From Eutreptiella sp. 'Long Island Sound 2002' (lineage: Eukaryota; Protista; Euglenida), in contig OZ038378.1 in the NCBI GenBank assembly GCA_964036045.1, positions 171,802,001-171,866,000 of the forward strand: a stretch of 64,000 nt of DNA, given 5' to 3'. Below are positions 35,241 through 49,050 of this stretch, in pieces (positions within the stretch are counted from its first letter, which is position 1; every line of letters starts with the position of its first letter). The notes under the pieces were generated by a model that saw nothing but the letters and a program-made list of their open reading frames with translations, searched no databases and had not been told where the DNA came from. Both the position numbers and the translations under genes were made by a program.

Positions 35241-35446
35241 GCCATGATTCAGGGTGTATGAGATGGGGTTGTAATCCCGCCATATGTGTGCTTGTTCAAG
35301 TAAGGCAACCCTGTCCTCTCATCTCTAGAATCAGGGTCCAACGGCTATGTCCAATGGCATCCCATCAAACCGAACCCTTGAGGATAGGTCAAGCCTCTTG
35401 CCTGTCAGCGCACAAGCCCACACACAGACATGAGATCAGGTTGCAG

Positions 35447-35523
35447 TGCTTCATCATCGGTTCATGGATGTGGCCGCAACAGCAAGGCCCATTGCCTGAT
35501 TTCATGAGCCAGATGAATACTGA
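35447..35523 (+). CDS. Host gene X exon 2 (CFIIGSWMWPQQQGPLPDFMSQMNT-E)
   Basis: TTGCAG acceptor and GTGTGT donor. Phase 0 to 2 exactly bridges exon 1 and exon 3. Confidence 0.5.
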
Positions 35524-36506
35524 GTGTGTCAAAGCCCTAGGCCCACGCCAGGCCCAGTCCATGGTGGGCCCAATCCGAGGATGCAGCCACCCCTCCGACC
35601 CCACCCCCCTCCTCCTTCTTCTTGAAAGTTCGTTGCTGGGTGGCGATCAAGGAAGCCCACAGAGCCAAAGGCACTGGTGAATTTTTTGGGGGCTCAATGC
35701 CCCCCCCCTTCTTTTTTTTCAATAGATAAAACCATATATGCCTGAAAATCATCATCATGACGTGGTGATTGTTATGGTGTGATCCCATGTCCAACAACCA
35801 CCCGACAAGCACCTGACACACGCCGGACACAACATTCACCCAACAGCACTGCACGATCAATCTCGTGAGTAGGGCGTGGACCATAGTCAATGAGGACGGT
35901 GTCCTTGCATTCGCTTGGAGCTTGCTATCTTGCAGTTGCACTATTTTGGCCTCTTCAGTAAATCCCCCCCACCCCCCCCTTTGTTTGGGCCCTTTGGAAA
36001 GTGGCCTTGACAACTTTGCGGCACCTCATCTAGGCCCTCAAGAAAGTGGCCTTGACAACTTTGCAAAACCTTGTCTAGGCCTTCCGGAAAGTGGCTTTGA
36101 CAATGGGGGATGTGCTGACCAGTCCCATCCACACCCAACCAACCAGCCCACACGGTGGTGGTGAGCACCCTGCAAAGTCCACAGCCTTGGGAAAAGCTTT
36201 GTGTGGAGCGTGCCAGCACCGGCATGGAGGCACTCCAAGGGGCAGGTACAGCACTTGTGAGTAGTGGGATAGGTGTCCCACTCTCATGTGGTAAAATTAG
36301 TTTTCTCCAGTTGTTACAGGTAGCCAAGCAGGCTGCCCACCTCTCACCTTTTAACGTGCCCTCTTCGCCCTCAACCCAATTGGGGGTCAATCAACCCACC
36401 TATCCATGAGTGAAGGATTTCCTCCTCAAAAGGCGTGTACACCTGACAGAATCTACCAGTATTCTCTTTCAGCCTTTACGCCCCCGAAGAAAGGCTATCT
36501 AATTGG

Positions 36507-37831
36507 TTGGCAGGTTGGTTGGCCAAGACCTCAAGCTACAACGGTCAGACGGGCTTGCCATGCGTAGACAAGGCAATGCTGGCGCAGTGGAGATGGGATG
36601 CTGATGCACAGATGCAATGGTCCCCTGGTCGCCAAGTCAGACGTGGTCAAGAGGAGCTGGATTTTACTAAGTTGGACACAAGGGGGCACACTCAGCGCAG
36701 TGCAACTATTTGGGCGTCCGGCCGTACTAGAGACCCATACTTTGAGATACTAGGGGCTATGGGGCATCATGGTGACCCCTAGCGGAGGTTTTGACTTCTG
36801 AATTTGTCCCCCTTCTTCGCAACCCAAACCACTTGCCAAGAAAACTAAGAGAAGGAAGCACCCCGATAAACCTCGGACATTCACCGAGGAGGAGGTGGCA
36901 AAGATGAACAAACAAACGGAAGATAAGATTCTTGAGATGTTGCTCCATGTACATGAGAAAAGCATTGGGGCGCACCCCCTTGACCCTCAAGCAGATGGTG
37001 TTCAATGGTGGATTAAGCGTTGCGGCGGATCTCGGTCGATGAGACTGCAGATTAGTTATATGGGTCTTGATGCCTACTCTGCCGAGGAGTTTTGGCTGAA
37101 GTATGGGCACGAGGACATACTTCCGCGCAAGCATTTGTTCCGCTTCTTTTTCTTCTTCTTTTTTCATCCTTTGTGATGTCCTCTTCAATGTGAATTATGC
37201 GGGTTGCATATGTAAGGTAACGGTTGCCATTGACAGTCTTGGCAACATTGTATGGATTTGTCCGTTGGCCCCACGGACATCGGCGGATGTTCTCATTTGG
37301 GATCACGAGGGGCCCAAAAGGGTGAAGGGACATTACATGGATTATGAGATTGGCTCCATGGATGGTGCATACAAGGGGCGCCTCCATGTGGTATGGCCCT
37401 CTATCGGTCGAAAGACTTTGACGGAGCGCCAAAAGGAATACAACGATGTGCATGGTTTCTATAGGGCACGGATTGAGCACTTGTTTGCACGCATGTGGCA
37501 TTGGGGCATTGTAAGGAACATATGGAGGGGATCCGGTACTGATTTGCATGAGTACGTGCGTGTACTCTTGCATTTGCAGCAATTTTTGATTCGAAGACAA
37601 GTACGGTACCCTCCATATGGTCCATGGGAACATGTACCCGCACATGTATGGACCGCACCTACACAGGAGGACAATGATGATGAGGATGTTGTGGGTGACA
37701 ATGGGGATGTATGTGCCCTTTGTTGCACCAAGTCTGACCCTCAGAAGATGTCCATGTGTGAAAAGTGTCAGTTGCAATATTGTACAGATTGCATTGACAC
37801 GCATACATGTGACAATGTCACGGTGCTTTAA
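36507..37831 (+). pseudogene. PIF/Harbinger(ISL2EU)-like DDE transposase with C-terminal Cys-rich finger, fragmented, within an intron of gene X
   Basis: KVTVAIDSLGNIVWI..SAD..MDGAY..YNDVHGFYRARIEHLFARM matches the DDE_Tnp_4 pattern. The C-terminus is CALC..CEKC..CTDC..HTC. The upstream part is in other frames. Confidence 0.75.
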
Positions 37832-39030
37832 TTCAGCAACTGTGTCATGTTGTGCACACAAGTTGCTCATCCTCATTTTGTACTTCTTGGACAATTGAAC
37901 AGAAAGAAGGACGTGTGTTGTTGAGAGTGGACATTTGGGGTTGCGACCATCGCTGTTCATGGCTTTTCGCATTTTGCATGATGTCTTATGTAGAGGGAAG
38001 GTAGCTTGCATTTGTCTTCAACTGCGGTAGTTCAGGTGACCTGAATTGAGGGGCCTTTGGAAGGGGTGGGTCTGGGGTCTCTTCGGGGGGAACCTAGTGG
38101 AAAAGTAGCGTGCGCAGTGCAGGGGGGCAATGGACTGTGCACTTACTGTACGTATGTTTTTATGCATGTTTTCACATGCCACCAAATCAGGCATCATGTG
38201 CCGCTTCGTAGTATCCGCTCTGTTGCAGCCAAACCATGGAGTAGGATGACACAGCATCTTGGGGGGATCCCTTCCCCCCCCCATACAGTCCTTTGTATTA
38301 CACTTCCCACCTCATGTGTGTCGGAGAGCATACTCCACACTTCACGGGCATGGGAATGACTTCTTGTGAGGCCTTCCCACTCCAGCAGGGGAGTGGAGGC
38401 CCAGGGGGCAGCGTGTGAGCAGTGGAATCAACAGTCCACTCTCACCCACAACCCTCGAGGCGCAATTTGATGGCGAGCAGAGAACAAGTAGCCTTTGCGT
38501 TGGTAAGCTACGGCACGTAAGAATGCTGGTGGTGTTTTAAACTGGTTTGCCGCCCTCTGGAAGCACCAACGACCTCAATCTACACACAAAACAGTCACAC
38601 AATAGACGTGGCACTGGGCACCGATTGTATTCCACAGTCCTCAACCAGCCTTCATGGAAGCCGCCTGCCAGCTGAGCACTTGGCGTCCATAATACTGTCT
38701 ATGCCATATGCCAGAGCCTCCCACATTATAACCGCACCCTCCTTTATACCCTCTCCCCAGCCCCACCCACGAATGACCCAAATCAACAAAAGCAGGCCAC
38801 ACAACACATACCGCAACGGACACTGGTTGTGCTGCGCGGTACCCAACCAGCTTTCATGGAACAACCCTCGGGTGCCAAGAAGCAGAGCTTGAACATGGAC
38901 ATGCAGTTTGCTCCATTTTTGTTTGAACCTCACTGGATTCAATGGCACTTACTCAGAAATGCTCCGGTCTAAACCCTCCTCCTATTGTCCTGTCCACCGG
39001 AGCCCCCTGATGTGTTCCTGCATCACCCAG

Positions 39031-39244
39031 GCATGAAGGGGAGTTTTACAAGCACAACGATGCGCCATACAAGTACAAGCGCTCCCATGATAAACAGAAA
39101 GGGGCTGAGCGGATGGCGATGTCCTGCTTTTATGATCGGAGCGCGGGGGACACGGAGGAACGCAGCACTTGCAAAACGGTCGTGATGCGCCAGGGTACGA
39201 ACTACAACCCGGAGATGGAATCCCTCGCTTCATTTCGTAGCATG
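39031..39244 (+). CDS. Host gene X exon 3 (HEGEFYKHNDAPYKY..FYDRSAGD..SLASFRSM)
   Basis: CCCAG acceptor (phase 2), stop-free frame, donor GTGTTG (phase 0). Confidence 0.6.
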
Positions 39245-41727
39245 GTGTTGCCCCATCTTTGCTTTAAAAGCACAGCACAGCACTCTCAGATGGACGGTCT
39301 AACCCCCCCCCCCCCCACCAAGGAGTAGCAGGACAACTGTCCCGCTCTTGCACAGTAAAAACAATTTTCCCTTGGCTGTTAAGCCCCACTGGCTGCCCAC
39401 TTCTCGCAGTTTTTTGAACCTGCCCGTCTCACCACCAACCCAACGGGTGGGCAACCCACCCACCTGTCCACAAGTGGAGGATTCCCTCCTCAAAAGGCGA
39501 ACACGTGCGTACACCCAGAAGTACCAACTGGCATACCCTTTCAGCATTTTTGGCACCCCCCCCCCCCAAAGGACACCTCCTGGGCCCAATAACTGGGCAA
39601 CACTGCGACACAGCGACACCCTACCCCCACCTGAGCGTCCTCTTCAGGGGAGCACCTCTCCACGGCCGCCATAGGAACATGGTCGGCAGGGGTGGGGGTG
39701 GGGGGCACAGACATTGCTCAGCAGCCCGGGGGGGGGGGGGGGGGCTGGGCACCCAGGGTAAAGCCTCAGTCCTGCAGCTGGCCAATACCTGGGTGTCGGT
39801 GCACCTATGGTGGGGTTCGTTTCAAACATAGTGGGGGGCTTGCTGGAACCCACACCCGATGTAACACCATACCCCCTGCAGCAGGTCGATACCTGTTCGG
39901 GTGCAGTCCGGGTGGGGTGGGGGGGGGGGGGGGGGGGCTGCCATTGTGTTTTTTGGGGTGGGGGTTGACGGGAGGATACACCAAAAAAGAGCACAAAAAC
40001 CTATGACAAATTGCCTGGAACCACTGAGGGGTACTACTTGATGATCCAGAACCTCCTCACCCTGAATTGCATTTTCCGCATCAGTGGTGGTGAGCACCCT
40101 CCAAACTCTGTGGTATTGGGAAAGGCTCTGTGTGAAGCATGATGGTGCCAGCATGGGAGGGGCAGAAGCTGCAAGTGTGAGCAGAGGGGCAACTGTCCGC
40201 CCCGCTGTCACCTAGAAACATGCCCAGTAGCTTGGTGCTAGCAATGTAAACAATTTACTTTAAAACAGCAATCCGTACACCCAGAAGTACCAAGCGGCAG
40301 CCTTTATGGCAAAATTTTCGAAATATGCATGCCCAATGAGTTTCAGTCAAGGGGGCCACCCCGCCAGTAGCACCACAGAATATGCCTGCAGCTGCTGTGC
40401 ACCATTGATGTGTGCCGCTTGGGGACCTGCATCCACTGGCCCTGTGCTACAATTCCCACATCATTTGTGGGGGGAGAGCACCCTTCAAATTTCACGCATT
40501 GGAAGGGACTGAAGACGAGGCCTGTCAGCGCCATTCTTTCCTCCCCACATTGGGGTCCTGCGACAGCAGGGGGTATGTACCCTTTTCTCGGGTGCTTTGG
40601 GGGGGGGGTAGGCAAGGGTGCACCAAATGCTGACATAGTGTTTATCCCTCAACAGCGCATGACTCAAGACTCCAAAATTGGTTGTTTGGTATTGTGCCAA
40701 CTCACAATGATCAAGTATTCCATCAACAGCATGTCATAGCCCCTCATAATTATTGTGGATCACACCATTTTCTGTGGCTGGCAATGCGCACAGCACAAGG
40801 CGCAACAGGATTTGGCTTCTCCTGGGGTCAAGCCCTGTATTGGGGTGGGTGGTTGGAGGCTCTGGAGCACCCCCTCTCTTCATCATTGGCGAAGTTCCCA
40901 ACAGCCGCATGCCGAAGGAGTATGGGGCTCCTTCCCCACGGACAGATCCCGATGGGGGGAGGGCGGGGGGGCTCCGGCCCTCGTCTAGTCACTCACCAGG
41001 CTGGAACGGGGTTTCTGTGGTGCCATGGTCATGTCCGCCAACAGATTCAAACATCATGCTGTACCAGAGCACGACCGGACCAAACCAGGCCAGACCCCTG
41101 TCAGAAAAAGTTTCTCAAAGAACATCACCAGGGTTCCGCTCAATGAGAAGAGAGGGGGCGAGAGAGAGGGAGGGGGCTCTGGGATCCAAACGTTTTGCGT
41201 GCCCAACATGGCACAAGACAGTCATTGGGGAGACAGGCAAGGGAATATTCTGCTGTAATTCTAGTGTTGCAGTGAAAGATTTTGGCCCCTTGTAAACGGG
41301 GGTTGGCATGCGGTGCAAGCAAGACCCCCCCCCCCCCGGCGGTGCACATCTGGACTGGTTGAACAGGTATGATCCCCTGTCCCTGCCCCCATGTTGTCGT
41401 TCGTCATGCACACTGCTGGGACACATGTGTTTTGGGATGGTAAATTCACAACAGTTTTGTCCAAACAACACTTTCCCTGTTGGTTCTACAATGCTTGGGG
41501 GTTTGCCGCTGACTGCAATGGAGGTTGTGAAGAATTAGCGCTGTCTGTGGACAGGGATCCACAGGCTTTAATGCAGGGTTGGCACAGGCTGTACACAGGC
41601 ACAGGCTAAAGAAAGTTAGCATCCGTTATACTGAAGGAGTCATGCATGCTTCAAAGAAACGATGATCAAGGCTTTGGAGAGGCCTTGCGCGCGGTGCTGC
41701 CATCCTCTGCTTCATGCCTCTGCGCAG

Positions 41728-41856
41728 GTTGCCCTTCTTAAAGAGGAATTCATCGATGATGTTAAGAATCCGGTTGTCTCGTACGAGCGCAATTTTATCA
41801 CTGGGGAGTTGGCCATTACGCTCTGGCCCCCGGGCATGTACGAGAAGGCCCACTCG
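41728..41856 (+). CDS. Host gene X exon 4 (VALLKEEFIDD..PPGMYEKAHS)
   Basis: CTGCGCAG acceptor, GTATGC donor, phase 0-0. Confidence 0.7.
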
Positions 41857-43473
41857 GTATGCCTGACCTATGCAACACCCATCCCTCGGTACACAACTGC
41901 GGGTGGGATACGGGGACTGCAGAAGGGAGACAAAGCAGGGACCCCTTGCATGTTAAGGCGTTAAGGCGAGAGTCAGGGATGAGGATACTGGGGTGTAGCA
42001 GCCGGATCAGTCGCAGTTGTGTTACCCTTGGCCGAGACTTTGTGTGAAGCATACCGGCGCCGGCATGAGAGGGACACCCTGGGGCAGAAGCAGCACCAGT
42101 GGGCAGAAGGACAATTGTCTCACTCTCACCCACCAAAAATAGCTTTCCCCACCGTTTGTGGACAAGCAACATAGTCTCCACCCTCTCCGCTTTGCCATGT
42201 TCATTGTCTGGCAGGTGGCCCGTGCCCCAGTGCTTGTTTACTGTCTATTTTGCCTCCCAGGTACAATTACCACCCCTTGCAAGAGACAAGACACAATCGA
42301 CGGGATTCTTCCTGGGATTCTTCCTGTGTAATTATAGACTCGCCGGGAGGAGGAGATACAACGCGCAAATAGCATGTTCCACAATTTTTTGAGTGGCCCA
42401 ATGGCAACGCTGTACAAGCTTGGACAGCAACACAGGAAATGGAAAAACCAGAATCAGGTGAACCCAATGCAATCTGCTACTGTCCATTTTGCAACCAAAT
42501 GGGCCAAAAATGTGGTGTCCCAAAATGATCCTAGGTAATTTGGGATGCCCCTTTAAGGGGTTTTGGCCCGTTTTCATTTGCCCCATTTTGACTTTTACAA
42601 GTTCCTCAATGCCTTAAAAACGGGCCCAGAACGCAAGAACGCCGTCTCCCAAAAGCAATACCGTGGACCGGGTCGAGACGAGGGGAAACCTGAACCGACC
42701 CTCAATAGTGAATTTCATATGCTTTGCTGCTGACAAGACATTTCAATGTAATGATGGGCCATTGTCCAAGTCTTGGGAATCAAGTATATTCTGGCGGGGG
42801 GCGCACCCCCTCCTTCCGCTCAAGCAAGTTTCTGGGCAGGGATGGGGGGGCAGTGTACAGCCCGCGTGGAAGGGGGCATTGGCCTGACTGAGGTTGGATT
42901 CCTTTGCTCCTAAGAGAACTGAAATGGAGCAAGCATTGAACGATATGTTCACTGGACACAAAGCACACATCGACTTTCCTGGATCCCCTTGTACGGGTTC
43001 CAAATGCCGTCTTCAGCTTGTCTGAGTTTCGAAGGTTGGGTAACATCTGGTCTCCCCATCTTAGTCCAGCAGATTCAATTAATTCAGTCAGTTGAGCCTC
43101 TTCTGAGGGGGAGGGGGGCTCTATTGCCCCGCCAACCTTTGCAATTGAATATCCGCCCACCCTCTGGCTGCATTGGATTGTATGTAGGACTGTTAACCAT
43201 GTATCATCATGAGGCTGACATATCTCTCGGGGACATCCGGTTTATGCCAACATGGAGCGAATTCGCAATTTTTCGGGGTTTTTTCAAGTTTTGGTCCAAT
43301 GCACCAAAATTTCGTTCCGGAGGGGGGGGTATGTGTATGCTTTTTGAAATTTGTGAGAAAAGGCCGTTTCAGAAATGTATGGGTTGGGGGGGGTGGTAGG
43401 CGGTCACAGTTTTGAGCACAGAGCTGAACAAGAGACGACACACAGGACGGGGCACTGCTCCAGGGATCACTCA

Positions 43474-45424
43474 TTATTCGGAATTCGAGTCGCTGTCATT
43501 GTTGCCCCCCTCCACAAGGGCAGGGACTCCATTGGGGCACACATCCCCCTGCTTGTGACTGGGAACATATTTCTTCAGTTTTTCCCAATCCTGTAGCCTG
43601 CGTGCCTTGACTCGCACCCATCCTGTGTTCAAGGGCATGGCCCACAGGCCATCAGTTGTGAGGTTCACATTTCGCTGTTTCGTCAGCCGGACCTTGCGCC
43701 ATGCGATGGCCTCACTGTACCCTGATTTCACCCAGACAAAGCCAGGATGGGCCTCAAGGTTTTCAGGGTCAGGTGTCTGGCCAAAATCCAGCCATTTTAT
43801 TTTGTCATCTCTGATCAAAACAGGCTTCTGCTGATGGTCCAGGTGTCCGCTGGAAGACTTATATGCACCTTCCAGCCACTTGGACCTACCCCAAAAATCG
43901 GTGCGCTTCAAGATGCGGAGTTTCCGCACAAACCGCTGTTTGTTTCGCACAACGTGCTGGATTGTTAGGCCAGCCATGTCTGTTAGACCGTAATAATAAT
44001 CAATATTGTGCAGGGTGCGGTCCATGGCACGGGACGCTGCATCACACAAATTGTAAGAGTGGCCCTTGATAAAAACACACCATGTGATGCGATGGAACCA
44101 GCGCCACTGCACCAATTTGTCATACAAATTACAGAAGGCCCCGTTCAGAAATTCAGAGCAGCAACCGTCTGTATGGATAAACAGATGGCCTGCCCCTGTG
44201 GAGCACCTGTACAGCTCTCCAATCAGGGCAGAAGCTGTCTCATTAAAGCCCTTACCGGCCACATACTCGGGCCAAACCAGTACAGTGTCAACACCCACAG
44301 TGGTGCGGTGCAGGACCAAACGGTGCGCTTTCAACTCCGCAGTGTACCACTTTTCCCCAACGGGCAGTTTCAATAAATTCAAAGCTTTGCTGTAATCCAG
44401 GACCATGTGCTCTGCCCGCTCAGGGAACCGAATCCCAGGAGTTGAAAATGTAGTGACTTTGGCTCCGCCCCAGGTCTGCATGCTGTACTGACCGTGGTAC
44501 TTGTTCCGGTCATATCCTTCGCTGGCCAATCGCAAATGCGTGGCCTGCTCGTGGCGAAGTTTGGCCTGAAAACGGACAAAAAAAAAGCGCCACACAGTTT
44601 GGAGCACCCAAAAATCTAAGGACCGCAACGGCAGAGCATAACAACCTTCAAAGTAGGTGGGGCTGTTCGGATTTGAAGGTTGTACAGCTCACATTCCGCG
44701 CATGTATCCTTCATCGGTGCTTGGTATCCCACTTGAATGTTTTCATGGTCCGCTGGGCCGTTTTCAACGAAATCTGGTGCTTGAAATCCGCTTTGCCCCG
44801 CTTTGCAAACTGATATGCTTCCTCTTTTTGGAGCCAGTGGATCCACACATTGTGTGGGGAGGCGCGACGTCCACCCATGGGAGCCAGATGCACCGTCTCA
44901 GTGCTGGCCCGAGCGGCGTCACTGAAACGGTTCTCAGTTTGTGGCAGTGCCTGCAGGAATTTCTCAAATTTTGCTTTGATGGCCGAGGTCCGCCGTACGT
45001 TGTCTGAACCCTGTTTTTGGGGACTCTTCATGGGACTCAGGGGGCTGTCAACGGCCGCGGCTACTTTGGCTTTGGCCACCCCCTCCACAACGATGGGCGA
45101 GATTTTAAAATAGTGGAGGAACTGTGTCTTGCAAATTTGTCGGCGCGACCCACGGTAGGGTACAAAGTACGTTGTCTTGTGTGCCCTCTTTCTGGTGTAC
45201 TTCTGGCGACCTGCGTGTTTCACATCTTGCTCCAAATCGACGTCGATGCAGGTTGCTAGAAATTCGTGTTGCGAAGCCTTGGTGGGGTGAGTCTTTTTAT
45301 CCCAAAACTGGGCTGCAAAAGCCGCGGCCTCAGTAGTGGATAAAATGTCGTGCTCTGTGTGGGTGCAAGCAGGTTGCTGCGAACCACCTGTACGAGGCTT
45401 TTTTGCGGTGCTAGGGGTCCTCAT
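43474..45424 (-). pseudogene. Sola-like DDD transposase with an 80-nt GT-AG intron and one frameshift, within an intron of gene X
   Basis: ICKTQFLHYFKIS, PMKDTCAEC, LDYSKAL..WY..L, HTDGCCSEFLN, FIKGHSYNLCD. An intron at 44566-44645 joins PPTLK|AKLRHEQ. Frameshift near 44740. Confidence 0.75.
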
Positions 45425-48400
45425 GCAACTAACCTACACCCAGGTAGCACCCCCAGAGCGTGCTCTTTGCGAACCAAAGGTTGTTGCGGTGCATCCGGGG
45501 ATGCAACAGCACGTGGCGTGAATTTGTATCCGGACATGGTGGCTGTCTGTTGACAAAAACAGCCAGCAAGCAACACAGGCACTGTCCAAAAAAGACAAAA
45601 ATCTCAAACATACTATCAGTACAACATGCAGACCCAGGGTGTTCCAAATAGCCCTTTTCAAGGGCTTTCCGAATATACCCCACATACCCCCCCCCCCTTT
45701 GGGAGACTCAGCGGGCACAAACGAGGCAACAATCACGGCGATCCCTGAAAACGCTCCATGTTGGCATATTCCTGACCGTCCCCGAGAGATATGGCGTCCC
45801 CACTGCAAAAATTTACTCGGGCGGTCGCATACGTACACTCCAAGGCAGTTGTGCATGACACCTTCAAGCATCCTGCTCCCACCTGTCTACCTGCCAAGGC
45901 ATCTATTTGCCCCTTCTTCCACACCCTTGGATTCAATGCAACTCACCCCTTTCTGAATATGACCAACAACCAGTGCCACAGGTCCACAGGGGAGTAGAGG
46001 CCTTTCCCCCAGGTAGGGGGGGGGGGTGACCCAGTCTGTGCAGCGACCCCCCCCCCCCCTTTTGAAAGTTAGTCGATACGATGAATCTATTGTGCAGCCC
46101 CAATGCTCCAACCTGTGCTGTAAATGTCATGAATTGCCCTTGCACAGTGGACGCAATGCACCTATTGGGCTATTAGGGCAGCCCGAGCACCCATTGTCAT
46201 CCCCCCCCCCCCCCCATCGGGGGCCAATTTCCCCAATTTTCTGCCTCGATTTGTTGGATTCTTGGTGCCCTGTTAATAATTGACAGTTCTTAGTGTCCAC
46301 ACGTTTTACTTCTTGTGTGGACAGGCCGCTTTTACATTCATGGCCTGTCATATTTGTGGTTGCAAATGCTCCCGCTTGCAGGCAGTGTCAGATCTTGCAC
46401 CTTCTGTTCAAGCCCAAGTAGCACGACACCATTCTCAACTGCCAACAGATGCTGAACTATGTTCAGTCTGCATACGTTACTGTCACCCATATCAAATCTT
46501 TGTTGCCAAACCTCTCGCTGCAATTCTGACGAACACGGTAAACACGGGCACAGTGACCTCTTGTGACCTCTGCCACCAATTCCACCGGTACCATGATATC
46601 TGCTACAAATTCTCGAGTTCTTGCACCGTATTAAGCACAAGCATTGCGACTGGTGCAGCTACTGCCACAATTGCAGCTACTACAACTAGTGCAACGGCTA
46701 CAACCCGTGCGATTACCGCCAGTGCAATTTCTCGGGCTGTGAAGAAGTCCAAACCAAATTTAGCTTAAAAAAGAGGAGGACACCATGGAATGGGCAAAAT
46801 AATTTCTTAGATGAAACAAAATTTCCATCAGGTTGAGCACCACGGCACGTGATAAAAATATTCACAGGTGGATTGGAACAAGCACTAGGAAGTTGTTTTG
46901 CCAAAAATTATGCCGAAAATCCGCTGAAAGTAGTCCCCCATTTTGTTGCCCCAGTTTGTTAGAAAATTCCTCGCAATTTGGGGGGGAGAGGGGTGCATTA
47001 TTTGGCTTGGTTGTGGGACAAAGTCTGAATGTGTTCGCCAATTACCACTCAAAGATGGTTGCCATGTGGTGTTGCAAATTTCCACCCTATGGGGGATGGT
47101 GTGAGTTGGTTGCTTTGCCCATTCCGCTATTGCTAGTTGCATGTCACTTCATAATATGTATCCCTTGATGGCAGGCACATTGTGTGCATCGCACGCATGT
47201 ATTGATGTAACTCTCCCACGGTTCTCCCCACTTCCCCTCCCTCATGTCACCTATTTCTCACAGTATTTTTCATTTCGTTATGGAAGGTGTCTTTGAAGAT
47301 GTTTATCCAGTGGGTTGAAGAATCTCTACGATAAATTCTTTTCATGTTCTTGCATGTTGCGGGACAACCCATGGAGATGGGGATGCAAATATATGAGGAA
47401 TGTGGGTGAGTAGCATATGGACAAGAACCACAACAATTGGGTGCATACATGGGCATCTTCATGCTTGTGCCTTGGGTTTGGGAACTACTAGGGCACTTGG
47501 ACTTCGTTTGGTAATGTGTGCTTCGTTGGCAACTAGTTTTTGTGGGCATTTGTAAGCAGGGCAATTTGGATGCTTTTTTGGGAGGCTTCAAGAGCGGTTG
47601 CACAAGTTGCTACTAGTGGTTGGAAAAGGGCTGGGTGGACAGGGTCTACCGGGCAAATTCCAATATTTTGCCAAAATATTTAATTCCAGAGTGTTTTTTT
47701 CTGAGCGCAAAAAAAACAAGAAACGCAAAAATTTGAAATAATTCTGCCGTTCGGGACACAGGATTTCGCAAAAAAAAATAGGTTAATTAAATAAATAATT
47801 CGGAGAGTGTAGGGTTTGTACTATTTGTGAACAATGGTACAGGTATGATGCAAGGACCCTTGTTGCTTCCCCTATCTGCCCCGACCGCAGATGACCGCAG
47901 ATGATAGTGTTAAAGTCCAGTAAGGTTTTGATGAGAGTTCTGTGTGTATTCTTCATGTTGTGACACACTTTGTTGTGCATGGAACAAATTTATTTCATCA
48001 GGTGGACAACTGCAAGACAACTGATAAGTTTGGTCCCTGCAAGATTTGAAGCAAACAGCAGCATTGAGGACACAGTATCAAACGCAAAATGGTAGTCGGA
48101 CAAAAATTAATCGCAAAAAATAAATTTATTTTATGGGTGGAATACACAGTTTTTGGCTCGCAAATTCAAAATAATCGCCAAAATAAATTATTTTTTGGGC
48201 TATTTAGTGGCAAAAACAAAAATTTTGCTAAATATTAATTGTTTTTTTTCCCGCAAAATATTCGTATTTCAAAAATATTCATATTTGCCCGGTAGCGGCG
48301 ACAAAACAGGTAGGGGCTGTTGAGGTCACATGGAAGTGGTTGGGGTGAATAAGATTTGGCATGGGCGCGCGGCCAAATTGGTTTTAGACGAGGTGCCGCA

Positions 48401-48651
48401 ATTCCGGTTTTCTTTTGTGTGGGGGTTGGGGTGATACACAACAAACTGGCTTTCTGATGTTCATGTGTAACGGAGTACAGCATTTTTTGGCATTAAGGGT
48501 GCAAATAATCAACAGACGCTGGAGTGCAGCTGAAGGATCCGACCACTGCCCAAAATATGTTCCAGAGGTTGTGGGTTTGAACCCCAGGTATGACACCAAT
48601 GGTTGAAAACATGCAGTCCTGCACTGGTGTGTCACCTAGTGCTCTTTAGAC

Positions 48652-48750
48652 CCTATTACACCACCCTATTACACCACCCTATTATACCATCCTATTACAC
48701 CATCCTATTACACCATCCTATTACACCATTCTATTACACCACCCTATTAC
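48652..48750 (+). repeat. ~14-bp minisatellite (CCTATTACACCAYC)n
   Basis: Directly visible tandem units. Confidence 0.8.
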
Positions 48751-48819
48751 TCAAGTGCATCCCTCGGCGTGGGGAATCGGCCAATGAAGTGGGGTTGACA
48801 CACGGTGCACACAAGGCAG

Positions 48820-48897
48820 TGGATGGACGGTGCAAGAAGATCCATGGCTGCTGAGATGACTGCCAGTGACGTGACTGTGCAGTCCGAAGAGCAGTCT
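48820..48897 (+). CDS. Host gene X exon 5, tentative (WMDGARRSMAAEM..SEEQS)
   Basis: Weak acceptor GGCAG; GC donor GCAAGC identical to the exon 1 donor; phase 0-0. Confidence 0.4.
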
Positions 48898-48987
48898 GCA
48901 AGCTGAATGTGGCACAAAACCAGGCATTGCTGACGATCTTCCACATAAGGCTCCTTTACTACGCCGACTACCGACAACAATTTTCAG

Positions 48988-49050
48988 TCTGCAACGAAAA
49001 AGGCATCTGATTTTCTGGGAACCGTCCCTCCCCTGTACGACCGCACTGCT
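48988..49050 (+). CDS. Host gene X exon 6 (SATKKASDFLGTVPPLYDRTA)
   Basis: TTTTCAG acceptor, strong GTGAGT donor. Confidence 0.6.

Noticed and set aside
43320-45697. TIRs for the Sola-like element (GGGGGGGGTATGTG / CACATACCCCCCCC)
   Set aside because: The match is only ~14 bp, mostly homopolymer, with no clear TSD.
48510-48610. Second tRNA-derived SINE (GGTTTGAACCC)
   Set aside because: The B box is imperfect, there is no convincing A box, and no second copy is present in the window.
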